Shown in pieces: positions 1-10,400 of a stretch of 64,000 nucleotides of DNA (positions are counted from its first letter, which is position 1; every line of letters begins with the position of its first letter). Source of the stretch: Candidatus Latescibacterota bacterium (lineage in GTDB: Bacteria; Latescibacterota; UBA2968; GCA-2709665); the NCBI GenBank assembly GCA_965116875.1, contig OZ220733.1, positions 2,112,001 through 2,176,000 on the forward strand, in the 5' to 3' direction. The notes under the pieces were generated by a model, which made no database searches, was not told the DNA's origin, and worked only from the letters and a program-made list of their open reading frames with translations. Position numbers and translations under genes: made by a program.

Positions 1-333
1 GATCGGAAAAAACGCGGCATCCTGATGCCAGTCTACCGCCAGGCCGTCGTCCGGGCGTTTGCTGATCACGTAGGAGGTGAACAGCGCGACGTCCGGCCCC
101 ACGATCTGTGCCGCCACGTCGATGAGACCGTCGCTCAGGAAGAGATCGCGAAGATATCCGTTTTCGTAGTGGAGCGACGGCATGTTCTCGGGCCGCCGGC
201 CCGATGGAAGGCTCTCGATAATGGAATCCAGTTCGCCCCGCAGCCTTGCGAGCTCGATGTCATCGAGAATCCGTCCGCCGGCGGCATAGCCCTCGTTACG
301 GTACTGTTCGAGTTGGGCATTCGTGAGCGACAT
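1..333 (-). CDS. Phytanoyl-CoA dioxygenase (PhyH)-family Fe/2OG oxygenase; 5' part only, runs off the window start
   Basis: Not in the ORF track. Manual translation from ATG at 333 gives MSLTNAQLEQYRNEGY...SKRPDDGLAVDWHQDAAFFPI, with the WHQD iron-binding motif. Starts 4 bp after the folC stop. Confidence 0.85.
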   Translation of the reverse strand, partial: MSLTNAQLEQYRNEGYAAGGRILDDIELARLRGELDSIIESLPSGRRPENMPSLHYENGYLRDLFLSDGLIDVAAQIVGPDVALFTSYVISKRPDDGLAVDWHQDAAFFPI

Positions 334-337
334 GGCG

Positions 338-2572
338 TTACCCTTCCGCGTTTTCCGTCCGGGTCGATTCCTGAATGCGTTCCGGTTCGCCGTCCCGCGC
401 GGCCGGCGACTCCGATGCCTGCAGGTACTTTGCAATCAGCCTCTCGTATATGCCGACGAATTCGGATCGCCCGTTGTGCAGGTTGTAGAAATAGCACATC
501 GGGTTCGGATTGATCTCGATCACCCGGAATCCCGCGGACGACCGAATCACATCGATCGCATAGAACCCCAGCTCGATAACGCCCGACACCCTCGCCGTCA
601 GCCGCGACAGCGCATCGATCAGTTCCGGTGCGTCCACCGGCCTTGCGCTTCCGGTTGGCCCGTGCAGCGGATTCAGGTCGCGGCTCGGCGATTCGCTGAC
701 TTTCTCGTACGCCAGCAGCAATTCATCCCCGGCGGCGACGACCCGATACTCGGGTCCGCTGACGTGCTCCTGAACCAGCATCAAATTGTCCAGGAATCCG
801 CTGTTTTCGAACAAGCTCCGCAGACGTCTCTTCAGATCGCACCGGTCTCCCTCCAGGAATACGCCCTGGGCCAGCGACCCTCTGTTTCGCTTGACGACGA
901 CGGGATAGGAAAACCGACGTTCAACGTCCGAAACCACCGCGTCGACGGACGCATGAGTCCGGTAACGCGAGAACCGTTCGTCCGCAAATGGATTGAACGC
1001 CACCAGGGTTGCAGGAAGCGGAAGCCCGGCCCGCGCGAACAGTTCGTACTGGTATGCCTTGTCCTCCGCCAGGCGGGCAGCCACGTAGTCGTTGAACGGA
1101 TGCCGGTTGCGCAGAAAATAGACCGGCCCCCGTCCGGGCGGCCGGATGCAGACCAGATTTCCGTCTTCCGAAGCCGGTTCGACTCGAACACCCAGGTTGG
1201 CGCCGGCTTCCGTGAGGCACGCGAGACTCTCCTTGTGCAGGTCCTCTCCGAACCCGTCCCGCTCGCACGGCAGCCCCAGCGCTTCGCGCGCCCTGCCAAT
1301 GAGATGCAGCGATCCCATGATACAGACGTGACTCTCCTCCCGCAACCCCGCGCGTCCGAGCGCGTCCGCAATGTCATGTGCGCAACGGGCGGAAAGCCCC
1401 GTGGGAAGGCTCTGCCGCAACACGTCGACAGCCAGGGCTTTCGGGTGGTCGGATCTTGTCAGCACCACTTTTTTTGCCAGCGGCCGGATCGCTTCGAGTA
1501 TCCCCCCGGCGTCGTGACCCGCGTTCACCCCCACCACGAACGTCCACTGCTTCGACATCCTGCCCAGATCGTCCGCAAGGGCCGCGGCGCCGGAAGGGTT
1601 GTGCGCGCCATCCAGTACGACCCGGGGGGTTCGCCGCGCCACCTCGAATCTGCCCGGCAGGTCGAGACCGGTCAGGGCCGCGCTGATCCGGTCATCCGAA
1701 AGGTCCTCCCCCACAAGGTGGCGCCCGACCGCAATCGCCAGCCGGGCGTTCTCCCGGAATACGGACCCGCGGTCCGGCATATCCGGACGCGGGAAATCCG
1801 GAGCTGCGCAAACCCGGTCTCCGTCCGTTTCGACGACGCGAAGATCCACGTCCCGGTCCCGGCACTCGCGGCGCAACAGCGCGAGCACATCAGGTTTCTG
1901 CGTGGCCGAGGTGAAGAGCGGCCTTCCGGCACGGGCGATTTCGAGCTTTTCCAGTGCGATCGCCTCCACCGTATCGCCCAATATTTCGGTATGATCGAGA
2001 TCGATCGACGTGAGGACTGCCACACCCGCATCCCAGGCGTTGGTTGCGTCGAATCGGCCGCCCAGACCCACCTCGAACACCCCGATTTCGACGCCGGCAT
2101 GTGCGAACATGGACGTCGCCAGCGCCGTTAACGCCTCGAACCTGGTAAAGGAACCGTATCCCTCCCCTTCGAATCCGCGCGTGCGATCGTAAAGGTTGGA
2201 GATCCACTTCGCCCAGTCGTCCTTATCCAGAATCCGGCCCTCGATCCGGATGCGTTCGCGGATCGTGTGCAGGTGCGGCGAGGCGTAGACGCCGGTCCGT
2301 CGGCCGCATGTCCGGAGCAGGGCGGCAATGACGCTTGCCACCGTTCCCTTGCCGTTCGTACCGCCCACGATGACAGTCGCAAAATCCCTCTGTGGACTTC
2401 CCATCCGTCGCAAGAGGGCCCGCATCCGGGGCAGATAGTCCTCCGGCGAACCCGCCGCCGTCCCGTCCCGTTCCCAGTCGTGAAGCGTATTCAGAAAGCG
2501 TTTGCCGCGAGAATAGTCCATACAGACAGGGTTCCCGTCCAAAACATCAGGCCCGGTTTCGGTGTCGCGCAT
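338..2572 (-). CDS. folC: Folylpolyglutamate/dihydrofolate synthase fused to a C-terminal RimK-like ATP-grasp ligase
   Basis: FolC motifs GTNGKGT, SPHL, FEVGLGGRFDATN, IDLDH, PGRFE, LDGAHN. Then ATP-grasp motifs AEDK, YPVVVK..GSLAQGV, VQEHV, EYRV, AIDVI, IEINPNP. Start may be 2521. Confidence 0.9.
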   Translation of the reverse strand: MRDTETGPDVLDGNPVCMDYSRGKRFLNTLHDWERDGTAAGSPEDYLPRMRALLRRMGSPQRDFATVIVGGTNGKGTVASVIAALLRTCGRRTGVYASPHLHTIRERIRIEGRILDKDDWAKWISNLYDRTRGFEGEGYGSFTRFEALTALATSMFAHAGVEIGVFEVGLGGRFDATNAWDAGVAVLTSIDLDHTEILGDTVEAIALEKLEIARAGRPLFTSATQKPDVLALLRRECRDRDVDLRVVETDGDRVCAAPDFPRPDMPDRGSVFRENARLAIAVGRHLVGEDLSDDRISAALTGLDLPGRFEVARRTPRVVLDGAHNPSGAAALADDLGRMSKQWTFVVGVNAGHDAGGILEAIRPLAKKVVLTRSDHPKALAVDVLRQSLPTGLSARCAHDIADALGRAGLREESHVCIMGSLHLIGRAREALGLPCERDGFGEDLHKESLACLTEAGANLGVRVEPASEDGNLVCIRPPGRGPVYFLRNRHPFNDYVAARLAEDKAYQYELFARAGLPLPATLVAFNPFADERFSRYRTHASVDAVVSDVERRFSYPVVVKRNRGSLAQGVFLEGDRCDLKRRLRSLFENSGFLDNLMLVQEHVSGPEYRVVAAGDELLLAYEKVSESPSRDLNPLHGPTGSARPVDAPELIDALSRLTARVSGVIELGFYAIDVIRSSAGFRVIEINPNPMCYFYNLHNGRSEFVGIYERLIAKYLQASESPAARDGEPERIQESTRTENAEG

Positions 2573-2609
2573 GCAGGATTGGCGACAGGAGGCAGCCCGT
2601 CCCTAACAT

Positions 2610-2644
2610 AAAAAAAAACCCACCTGGAAACAAAAGGTGAGTTT
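2610..2644 (-). terminator. Probable intrinsic terminator after rpmB
   Basis: Imperfect hairpin AACCCACCT/AGGTGAGTT next to an A9 tract (U-tract on the minus strand). Confidence 0.5.
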
Positions 2645-2726
2645 ATCCGGCCCGGCATCCTCTCTCGGCGCTTCCCCGCCTCTCTGGAGGGAACCGCGGG
2701 GGACGTCCGACGACGTCGGTTGCAGC

Positions 2727-2918
2727 TTACGCTGCCTTGTTCACGCGGCCGAGTTTAATACACTTCGTGCAGACCTTGATCCGCCTGGCCGTCCCGTCCA
2801 CCAGCGCACGCACACGCCTGAGATTCGGATTGAACCGCCGCTTCTTCTTATTATTGGCGTGACTGACGTGGTTGCCAACCATCGGGCCCTTTCCGCAAAT
2901 GTCACATCTAGCAGCCAT
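2727..2918 (-). CDS. rpmB: 50S ribosomal protein L28
   Basis: [33 protein letters not shown]...KVCTKCIK, the Zn-binding C+ form. Confidence 0.98.
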   Translation of the reverse strand: MAARCDICGKGPMVGNHVSHANNKKKRRFNPNLRRVRALVDGTARRIKVCTKCIKLGRVNKAA

Positions 2919-3052
2919 CTCCAGTGCCTCCGGAATTCCTTTATTCTATTCGCCCTGTCATCTTGAAGTTGAAACCGATACGCGCCCACGTCCCCCGGCG
3001 CCCTCCGAAAAACGACGAGACGCCCCGGCGACGCGCTGTATCCAACACAACA

Positions 3053-3080
3053 AATATACCTGTCAGACGTCACTTGTCAA
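3053..3080 (-). promoter_or_regulatory. Sigma70-type promoter for rpmB
   Basis: TTGACA (3080-3075), 16-nt spacer, TATATT (3058-3053). Confidence 0.65.
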
Positions 3081-3210
3081 GAAAGAACCCTGATCGGGAT
3101 CCCTTTCAGCGACTCGGGATCCCTGCCGGGAGCCCCGCCTTTCCACGCGTGCGGTTGGACGTTTCGCAGGTTGCGTCGGGTTTCGCGCGTCAGGATATGA
3201 ATGCCGCCCG

Positions 3211-4437
3211 TCATCTCGGAGGCTGACTTGAGGTGCGGAATCGTACGAACCACAGTTCAACATTCGGAAGCGTTCCGGTGCTGAACACTGCACAGGGCTC
3301 GCCGGGTATCAGGCTACCGCTGGCCGGTGCGATCCCGTACAGGAAAAATGCATTCTTCAACCCGAAACCCTCAAAGCTACCGAGGGCAACCGCGGACCAG
3401 CTTCGGGCGCTATCTTCGCCGCGGTACAGCAGGAGCGCGTTTCCTGCGGTGCTGGACGTCCACATTCGCCCGCGTTCGCGAGGACTCTCGAAGATCGCGG
3501 CGATTCCCGCGCTTCCAGTGAATACCGCCTTCCACCGGCGCTGATCGGGATCCCGACGGTAAACGAGCAGTTGGTTCTCTCCTCCCTCGGGCCGGAGTGT
3601 GGCCGTCACAAACAGCGCGCCGTTTTCCGATCGCCAAATCGACTGGGCGAAGGCGAGGTTCTGTTTCCATGGATTCACGTCGGCGATCACTTCCGAAACG
3701 GCTGACGCCGGGTCACCATATGGCACGTACAGGTAGTTAATCCGGTTGTAATAGGAACTGCGGTAGGCGTTATTACTCACGACGAGGTGGAAACCCTCGC
3801 CGTCCGGGACGATCAGTGGGTACAGCCACGTCGTCCACGGCTCAATCGACCGCTGCTCCCGCGCAAGAACAAACGGGCCGGCCCAGGAACCGGACTCCAG
3901 GTCGACCCACGCGACCTGAAAGGAATAGGACCCGGGTCTGCCGATATATCCAAGGACGAGCCGATCGCCGTCCATGGCCGCACCGATATAGCCGGCGCGA
4001 TCCAGCCCGACCGGCAGCGCGATCCGGGCGAATCCGCGGGGGTCGCCGCGCCTGCGCTGATGCAGAATCCGGGGTCCGGTGTCGCGGCGGGCATGGATGA
4101 GTACGAGGCGCCGTCTCGAGTCCAGCAGGACCATCCCCGGTTGATGGTGGAGCCCCTCCCATTCGAAGAACGTCTCCCAGCCGTCTTCCGTACTCCGGTA
4201 AACTGTCCCCCTGGCGGCGTCCTGGCGCGGCCCCCACCGGCCCAGCGTGTAAAAATGGTCGCCGTCGAACACCAGCTTGGGCGCATTGTAGCCCCAATAC
4301 GGGCTGACCGATGCAATGCCGCTGTCAATGCGGGTCAGTTCGAAGTCCACTTCCGCCTCCTGCGCGGCCAGAGGCAGGACGCCTGCCAGCAGTACGAACC
4401 ATCCACTGAAGAACGATTGAGAGATCAGGCGTATCAT
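3211..4437 (-). CDS. Secreted hypothetical protein, probable beta-propeller/BNR-like fold
   Basis: Signal-peptide-like MIRLISQSFFSGWFVLLAGVLPLAAQEA and repeated YRS...W beta-strand motifs. The ORF extends to 4476. Confidence 0.6.
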   Translation of the reverse strand: MIRLISQSFFSGWFVLLAGVLPLAAQEAEVDFELTRIDSGIASVSPYWGYNAPKLVFDGDHFYTLGRWGPRQDAARGTVYRSTEDGWETFFEWEGLHHQPGMVLLDSRRRLVLIHARRDTGPRILHQRRRGDPRGFARIALPVGLDRAGYIGAAMDGDRLVLGYIGRPGSYSFQVAWVDLESGSWAGPFVLAREQRSIEPWTTWLYPLIVPDGEGFHLVVSNNAYRSSYYNRINYLYVPYGDPASAVSEVIADVNPWKQNLAFAQSIWRSENGALFVTATLRPEGGENQLLVYRRDPDQRRWKAVFTGSAGIAAIFESPRERGRMWTSSTAGNALLLYRGEDSARSWSAVALGSFEGFGLKNAFFLYGIAPASGSLIPGEPCAVFSTGTLPNVELWFVRFRTSSQPPR

Positions 4438-4565
4438 ACGTTTTTGGCGGATCAGCAACCATCTTCCGCTTGACAAAATTCAGCGCATCGACCATTTTTT
4501 CTGCAGGTCCTGCGGTCAACTCGTTCTGAAGTTCTCCCGCCGCCCGTCGTTCCGGGGAGTTCCCA

Positions 4566-5909
4566 ATGCCGTCAGTAAACCTCATAACGCTCGGATGTCC
4601 CAAGAATACCGTCGACTCGGAACGTATGCATCGTCTGTTGGAGCGCAACGATTACGTCGTGGCAGAAGAACCCGATCACGCGGACATCATCGTTGTGAAC
4701 ACGTGCGGCTTCATCGAACCGGCCAAGGAGGAGTCCATCGCCACAGCCCTCGAAGCCGCGGACTACAAGGAGACCGGCAACTGCAAGGGCCTGATTCTCA
4801 CCGGGTGTCTGGCCGAACGATACCGCGGGGAACTCGAAGCGGATATTCCCGAGGCCGACCTGGTCGTGGGCCTGGCCGGCGAACGCGAGATCGTCTCCCA
4901 TTGCGACCGGCTGCTGGGTATCTCGCGGCCCCGCGTCTATCGTGACGAAGGCGCCCGTCACCTGCTCACCCCCGGTCACTGGGCCTACCTGCGCATCTCC
5001 GACGGCTGCGACAGGACCTGCACCTTCTGCGCCATACCCGGTATACGGGGCGCGAACCGCAGCGAGTCCATCGAGGTCCTGGTTGCCGAAGCCTGGCGCA
5101 TGGCCGCAGGCGGCGTGAAGGAGATCGCGCTGATCGCCCAGGATACGATGCGTTACGGCGCCGACCTCTACGGTCGTCCGCGCCTGGTGGACCTCCTGCG
5201 CGAACTCGTGCGCATCGACGGCCTCGAATGGATCCGCCTGCTCTACGCGTACCCAACCGGCTGGCGGGACGACCTGATCGACCTCCTGGCGCGGGAGGAA
5301 AAGCTGTGCGCGTACTTGGATATGCCCATCCAGCACGCTTCCAATGCCATGCTCAAAGCGATGAATCGCGGCGCCACGGTGGAAAATACGCGCTCGCTAA
5401 TACGAAAACTCCGGGACCGGGTGCCCGGCCTGACGCTACGCTCCTCCGTAATCGCGGGTTTTCCCGGCGAAAGAGAGGAACACGTACAGGAACTTCTGGA
5501 GTTTGTCGAGGAGATCCGCTTCAACCGGCTGGTCGGCTTCCTCTACTCGCACGAGGAAGGCACCCGGGCAGGTCTCCTCGAGGACGACGTGCCGGAAGAC
5601 GAGAAACGGGACCGGCTGGACCGTATCCTCAGCCTCCAGGCCGTAATCTCATCCGAAATCACCTCCGGGTACGTTGGCGAAAGCCTCCGCGTCCTGGTCG
5701 ACCGTCCCGCCGACGATCCTTCCAGCGACTATGTCGGTCGAACGCGAATGGATGCTCCGGAGATCGATGGCGAAGTTTTCGTTTCAGGCGAAGCGCAAAT
5801 CGGCGAGTTTACCGACGTTGAGATTACGGACGCGCTCGATCACGACCTCATCGGACGATCCACGGCCGTCCCGCGCCTGCTGGATATCGCCGCGCCGGGG
5901 GGCCAATGA
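4566..5909 (+). CDS. rimO: Ribosomal protein S12 methylthiotransferase RimO
   Basis: LGCPKNTVDSE, NTCGFI, radical SAM CDRTCTFC, C-terminal DAPEIDG TRAM domain. Confidence 0.97.
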   Translation: MPSVNLITLGCPKNTVDSERMHRLLERNDYVVAEEPDHADIIVVNTCGFIEPAKEESIATALEAADYKETGNCKGLILTGCLAERYRGELEADIPEADLVVGLAGEREIVSHCDRLLGISRPRVYRDEGARHLLTPGHWAYLRISDGCDRTCTFCAIPGIRGANRSESIEVLVAEAWRMAAGGVKEIALIAQDTMRYGADLYGRPRLVDLLRELVRIDGLEWIRLLYAYPTGWRDDLIDLLAREEKLCAYLDMPIQHASNAMLKAMNRGATVENTRSLIRKLRDRVPGLTLRSSVIAGFPGEREEHVQELLEFVEEIRFNRLVGFLYSHEEGTRAGLLEDDVPEDEKRDRLDRILSLQAVISSEITSGYVGESLRVLVDRPADDPSSDYVGRTRMDAPEIDGEVFVSGEAQIGEFTDVEITDALDHDLIGRSTAVPRLLDIAAPGGQ

Positions 5910-6382
5910 CCGTCATCGCCGCCATGGCCGACAACCGGGTGATCGGTAAAGACAATGCCATGCCATGGCGCATCTCCGAGGATCTCGTGCATTTCAAGAG
6001 AACGACCACGGGCGGCGTTCTCATCATGGGGCGCAAGACTTTTGAGTCCATCGGCTGCAGGCCCCTGCCGAACCGCCCCCACGTCATCGTCAGCCGCTCA
6101 CTCCCGGAAACCGCCGGCGTCGACGTCTGCCGCACGTTCGAAGCGGCGCTCGAGAAAGCCAGGTCCTACGGGAAGCCCGTGTTCAGCGCGGGCGGCGCCG
6201 AGATCTACCGCCAGTCCATTCCCCATGCGGATCGAATGTATCTCTCGCGCATCAAGGGCGACTATTGCGGCGACACGTACTTCCCCGAATTCGACGAGAG
6301 CGAATGGCGACTGACCAGGGAAGAAGAACGCGCCGAATTCACCCTGTGCGTGTATGAAAGAAGGGTAGAAGTGAGAGGGTAG
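5906..6382 (+). CDS. folA: Dihydrofolate reductase
   Basis: NRVIGKDNAMPW, IMGRKTFESIG, RPLPNR, GGAEIY, GDTYFP. ATGA overlap with rimO. Confidence 0.97.
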   Translation: MTVIAAMADNRVIGKDNAMPWRISEDLVHFKRTTTGGVLIMGRKTFESIGCRPLPNRPHVIVSRSLPETAGVDVCRTFEAALEKARSYGKPVFSAGGAEIYRQSIPHADRMYLSRIKGDYCGDTYFPEFDESEWRLTREEERAEFTLCVYERRVEVRG

Positions 6383-6546
6383 ACGGCAGAAGAAATTCTT
6401 GCCCAATCTGCTCTTCTTCTATGTCTCCGGTCTGAACTCAAACCTCACGGGGCAGACAATCTCTCCCGTCTCCCGTCTTCCGTCTAACCGTTTTTATTGA
6501 CCGCTGACGGCCGAAGGCCATTCCGGCAGGGAATATAGGGAATATA

Positions 6547-7383
6547 ATGAAACAATACCTCGATCAGCTACGATATATTCTGGACAACGGCGTCAGAAAG
6601 GAGGACCGGACCGGCGTCGGCACGATCTCCTGTTTCGGCCTGCACGCGCGGTACGATATGAGTGACGGATTCCCCGCCGTCACCACGAAAAGGCTCGTGT
6701 GGAAATCCATGCTCTCCGAACTCCTCTGGTTCATCTCGGGATCCGACAACATCAACGACCTGAAGGAGATCTATCCCTACAACAAACTCTGGGACGGCAA
6801 CTACCAGGACTACCTCAAGAGAATCGGCCGGGGCGACAACAGCGGATCGATGGGGCGCATCTACGGCGTACAGTGGCGGGATTGGCGGGGAGCGGAGCGG
6901 AACGTGGACCAGTTGAGCGAGGTGATCGACCTGATCCGCACCAACCCCGATTCAAGGCGCATGATCGTGAACGCCTGGAATGCCGCCGAAGTCGCTCCCG
7001 AGGACGTCGCCCTTCCTCCCTGCCACTCCTTCTTCCAGTTCTACGTTGCGGAAGGCAGACTTTCCCTGCTGATGTACCAGCGTTCGTGCGACATGTTTCT
7101 CGGCGTCCCGCTCAATATCGCCTCCTACTCACTCCTGCTGCACATGGTTGCCAGGATCACGGGCCTGGAACCGGGCGAATTCATCCATACGCTGGCCGAT
7201 GCCCACATCTACCTGAGCCACCTGGACGCGGTCAGGGAGCAACTGTCCCGCGAGCCGTTCCCGCTTCCGCGCATCCATATCGCGGACCGCGGCCAGAAAA
7301 CCATAGACGAATTCGTCTACGACGACTTCCGGCTGATCGACTACCGCTGCCATTCCGCTGTCAAGGCCGAAATGGCGGTGTGA
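6547..7383 (+). CDS. thyA: Thymidylate synthase
   Basis: DRTGVGT, YGVQWR, SRRMIVNAWN, LPPCH, YQRSCDMFLGVP. Confidence 0.98.
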   Translation: MKQYLDQLRYILDNGVRKEDRTGVGTISCFGLHARYDMSDGFPAVTTKRLVWKSMLSELLWFISGSDNINDLKEIYPYNKLWDGNYQDYLKRIGRGDNSGSMGRIYGVQWRDWRGAERNVDQLSEVIDLIRTNPDSRRMIVNAWNAAEVAPEDVALPPCHSFFQFYVAEGRLSLLMYQRSCDMFLGVPLNIASYSLLLHMVARITGLEPGEFIHTLADAHIYLSHLDAVREQLSREPFPLPRIHIADRGQKTIDEFVYDDFRLIDYRCHSAVKAEMAV

Positions 7384-7443
7384 ACATACGTCGGGAGTCG
7401 GTCCTGCCACAACTTCTGTTTCCCTTTCGCGAGGAATTTCGCC

Positions 7444-10400
7444 ATGTCAGATCCAGCAATACCCTGGCGCCCCAGGGTTATCCTCCCGGGACGCAGCTTC
7501 CGCCTGCCCGTTCAGGCGGCCGATGGCAACGTTAACCTGTCCGCCGAACACTTCGAAACAATCGCCACGAGGTGGTCCGATCGGGACGCCGCGCTCTACC
7601 ACTATCTCCGGTCTCCCGCACGGGCGGGGGAATATACTCTCAGCGCCACGCACGGCGGCGGATCAGCGGAAACAACGATCCGCGTCAGCACCCTGGACGA
7701 CCTGCGCCGTCCGCATACCTACAACGGCGCGGCCTGGCCCCGCCGCTGGCCTCTGGAGAGGAATTACCGGTCGACGAAAACACGGCAGACGATGCAGAAC
7801 GAACCCTTGCCGGATCGATTTGACGAAGAAACCGTGGCGTGGTTGTCTGCCCAGTCAGATGAAATCCTCTGGGCGCAGCTCCCCAACTCGGAACTGCCCA
7901 AGGCCCACTTTGCCAACTGCCACCAGGGCTGTCCGAACTGCGGTACGGCGATCTTCAGATACAGCGGTTTTTATCCCTGGGTGCGCAGCCACCATCCGTG
8001 TGATTTCAGGTCCGAGTGTCCCAACTGCGGTTCAGCCTATCCGAGCAACGACCTGGCGGGCGAAGACTTCATTTCGGGCGAACATCCGGACGACGGTTTC
8101 GGATATTTCGACGCCGAGGGCCACATCTACCTTTTCGCCGCGACCTATCACAGGGATCAATGCCGCAGCTACAATTCGGGAATCGCCGCGATGACGAACG
8201 CGCTCCGCGCCGGCGGGTTCCATGAAGCTCGCGCGAGGCAACTCGGGCTGCTCCTTCTGCGCTATGCAGAGGAAGAACTCTACCTGGCCTCGGTCCCCCA
8301 GTTCCGCTACGGCCCGTCGAAGGGCGTGGAAGAACCCTGGGACTGGGGCCAGCCGGACTGGGCCGACGACTCCGACCCGGTCCAGGCGCTTCGGGCCAAG
8401 GGCAGCATCCGTTACAGCATCGATACCCCGTATCTGATCGAAAGCCTGGCATTGGCTTACGACACGGTCTGGCCGTTGATGCGCGAAGACCGCGAGCTCA
8501 TTGGACGAGCCCGGGCCGTGGGCATCTCCGTGCGGTCCCCCGAGGACGCCTGCCAACTGACGGAAGAGATGCTGGCCGCCCTGCTTCAGGTCACGCTGGA
8601 CCGGGGCGCGTCCAGCAACCTTCCCAGAGAGAGCCAGGGAGCGCTCAATATCCTGCGGTGCCTGGACCGGCCCGACGCTCGGGACGTGATGGAGTGGGTC
8701 TACGACGAGGGACCGGACACGCTGCGGGTCTTCACCACAAACGATTTCTTCCCGGACGGCATGCCGCAGGAGGCCACCGGTGGTTACAATTCTATCCACA
8801 GCGACGGCTTGTTCGACCTGGAGCATCACCTGCGTCATCTGCGCGACCTGCAACCTGAGGCCTACCCGGCGTCCGACTTCCCCTCGCTCTTCGAGGATCG
8901 CCGTGCCGCACACGTTCCCCGGGCGCTGCACGAAATCACGATGTGCGGCAAGTCGTATTTCCAGTTCGGGGACGGGTCCGCGCCGGGTTCCGCGGGCTCC
9001 AAGGGAGAGGGAACGATCCGGCTGGAAAACGACCTCTTTCACGCGCCGATGGATCCCAATCTTCTTGCGAGAGCCTTTGCGTTCACGGACGACCCGCTTG
9101 TGCGGGAGATCCGGTCGGCCGTTGAGGAACGCGGGCACCGGGCTCTCGGCCCCACGGTCCACGACGGCGTTGGCATCGCGATCCTCCGAACCCGCGAAGC
9201 GCCCGAACGTGCCGCGGCCGGCATCGTCTACGGGGACACCCTCCACCATCGCCACCGGGACCTTCTGGACGTGCAGTTGTTCGCTTTCGAGCGTCCGTTT
9301 CTGACCGACCTCGGATACCCTCAGTCCTGGGCCAGCATGTCCCCCTGGGAATCCCACTGGGCAACCCATAACACCGTCTGGTCCGACCTGCCTCCGGGTG
9401 AATCCGTCGCCGCCGGCCGGGGGCGCCTGGTGCGCAGCCTGTTCGTCGACGGGCTGCAGGTCCTGGACGTCGAGGCGCACCGTTGGTCGCACGAGGAGTC
9501 GCGAGGCTGGCACAGGCTCGGGGTAGCCTACCGTCGGCTTATCGCCCTCGTCGAGACCGACGGCGAAGGCGTCGCCCTCATCGACCTTTCACGGATTACA
9601 GGAGGCGGTGACCACTGGCGTACCTGCCGTGGCCTGGAAGGTAGTTTCCACTCGGACAACGCCGGACTCCTGCCGCGAACCGGAACCGTCGCCGGTCCCC
9701 GTATCGAACGCGGGCAGACGGACAATCTTCCTCATCCGGACCACACCGCCCTGGCGTATATGGATGACGTGTCGGCCGGCCAGGCGCCTCCTTCGTTCAG
9801 CGGGGCCTGGCGCTCACAGGCCGAACCCGCCGTCCATCTGGATCTTCATCAGGTCCACGTCTCTCCCGGTACCCGTCTTTTCACCGCACGTGCGGCACAG
9901 GCGATGGGGACACCCGATGAGTCCAACTACCTGTATTCTCCGGTCCTGTGGCGACGGTCGCCGCAGGACGACACCACGTGCGTCGATCTCGTATTCGAGC
10001 CCCGAACCGGCGAAGCGACCGTTGCGGAAGCCGTCGCCGTATCCGCGGATGCTCCCACCGCCGCGGGGGTCAGACTGACCACGGCGCACGGCAAAACGAT
10101 CGTGCTTTACTGGTCGCCCGAGGCCGGTCCGGCCGACGCCACGCGCTTTGAAGACGGCGTCACGTTGCACGGCGGCTTCGCGGCCGTGGTGGACGGACGG
10201 ATATCGACCGTGGGCGCTTCCGCGTTCCACTCCCCGGCGACCTCGATTGCAGTCGATCGGGCGCGGCAGGCCGGCCGCATCGTCGCTCTCGACCGGGATG
10301 CGTGTACGATCGACGTGGAGGGCCTGGAGGGCGTCGCCGCCGGGGACCGTCTGACCGTGAATCCCGACGAACGCGCCCACACCTACCGTGTCGAAGCCGT

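Noticed and set aside
323-2131. 602-aa plus-strand ORF
   Set aside because: Antisense shadow of folC in GC-rich DNA, with no motifs.
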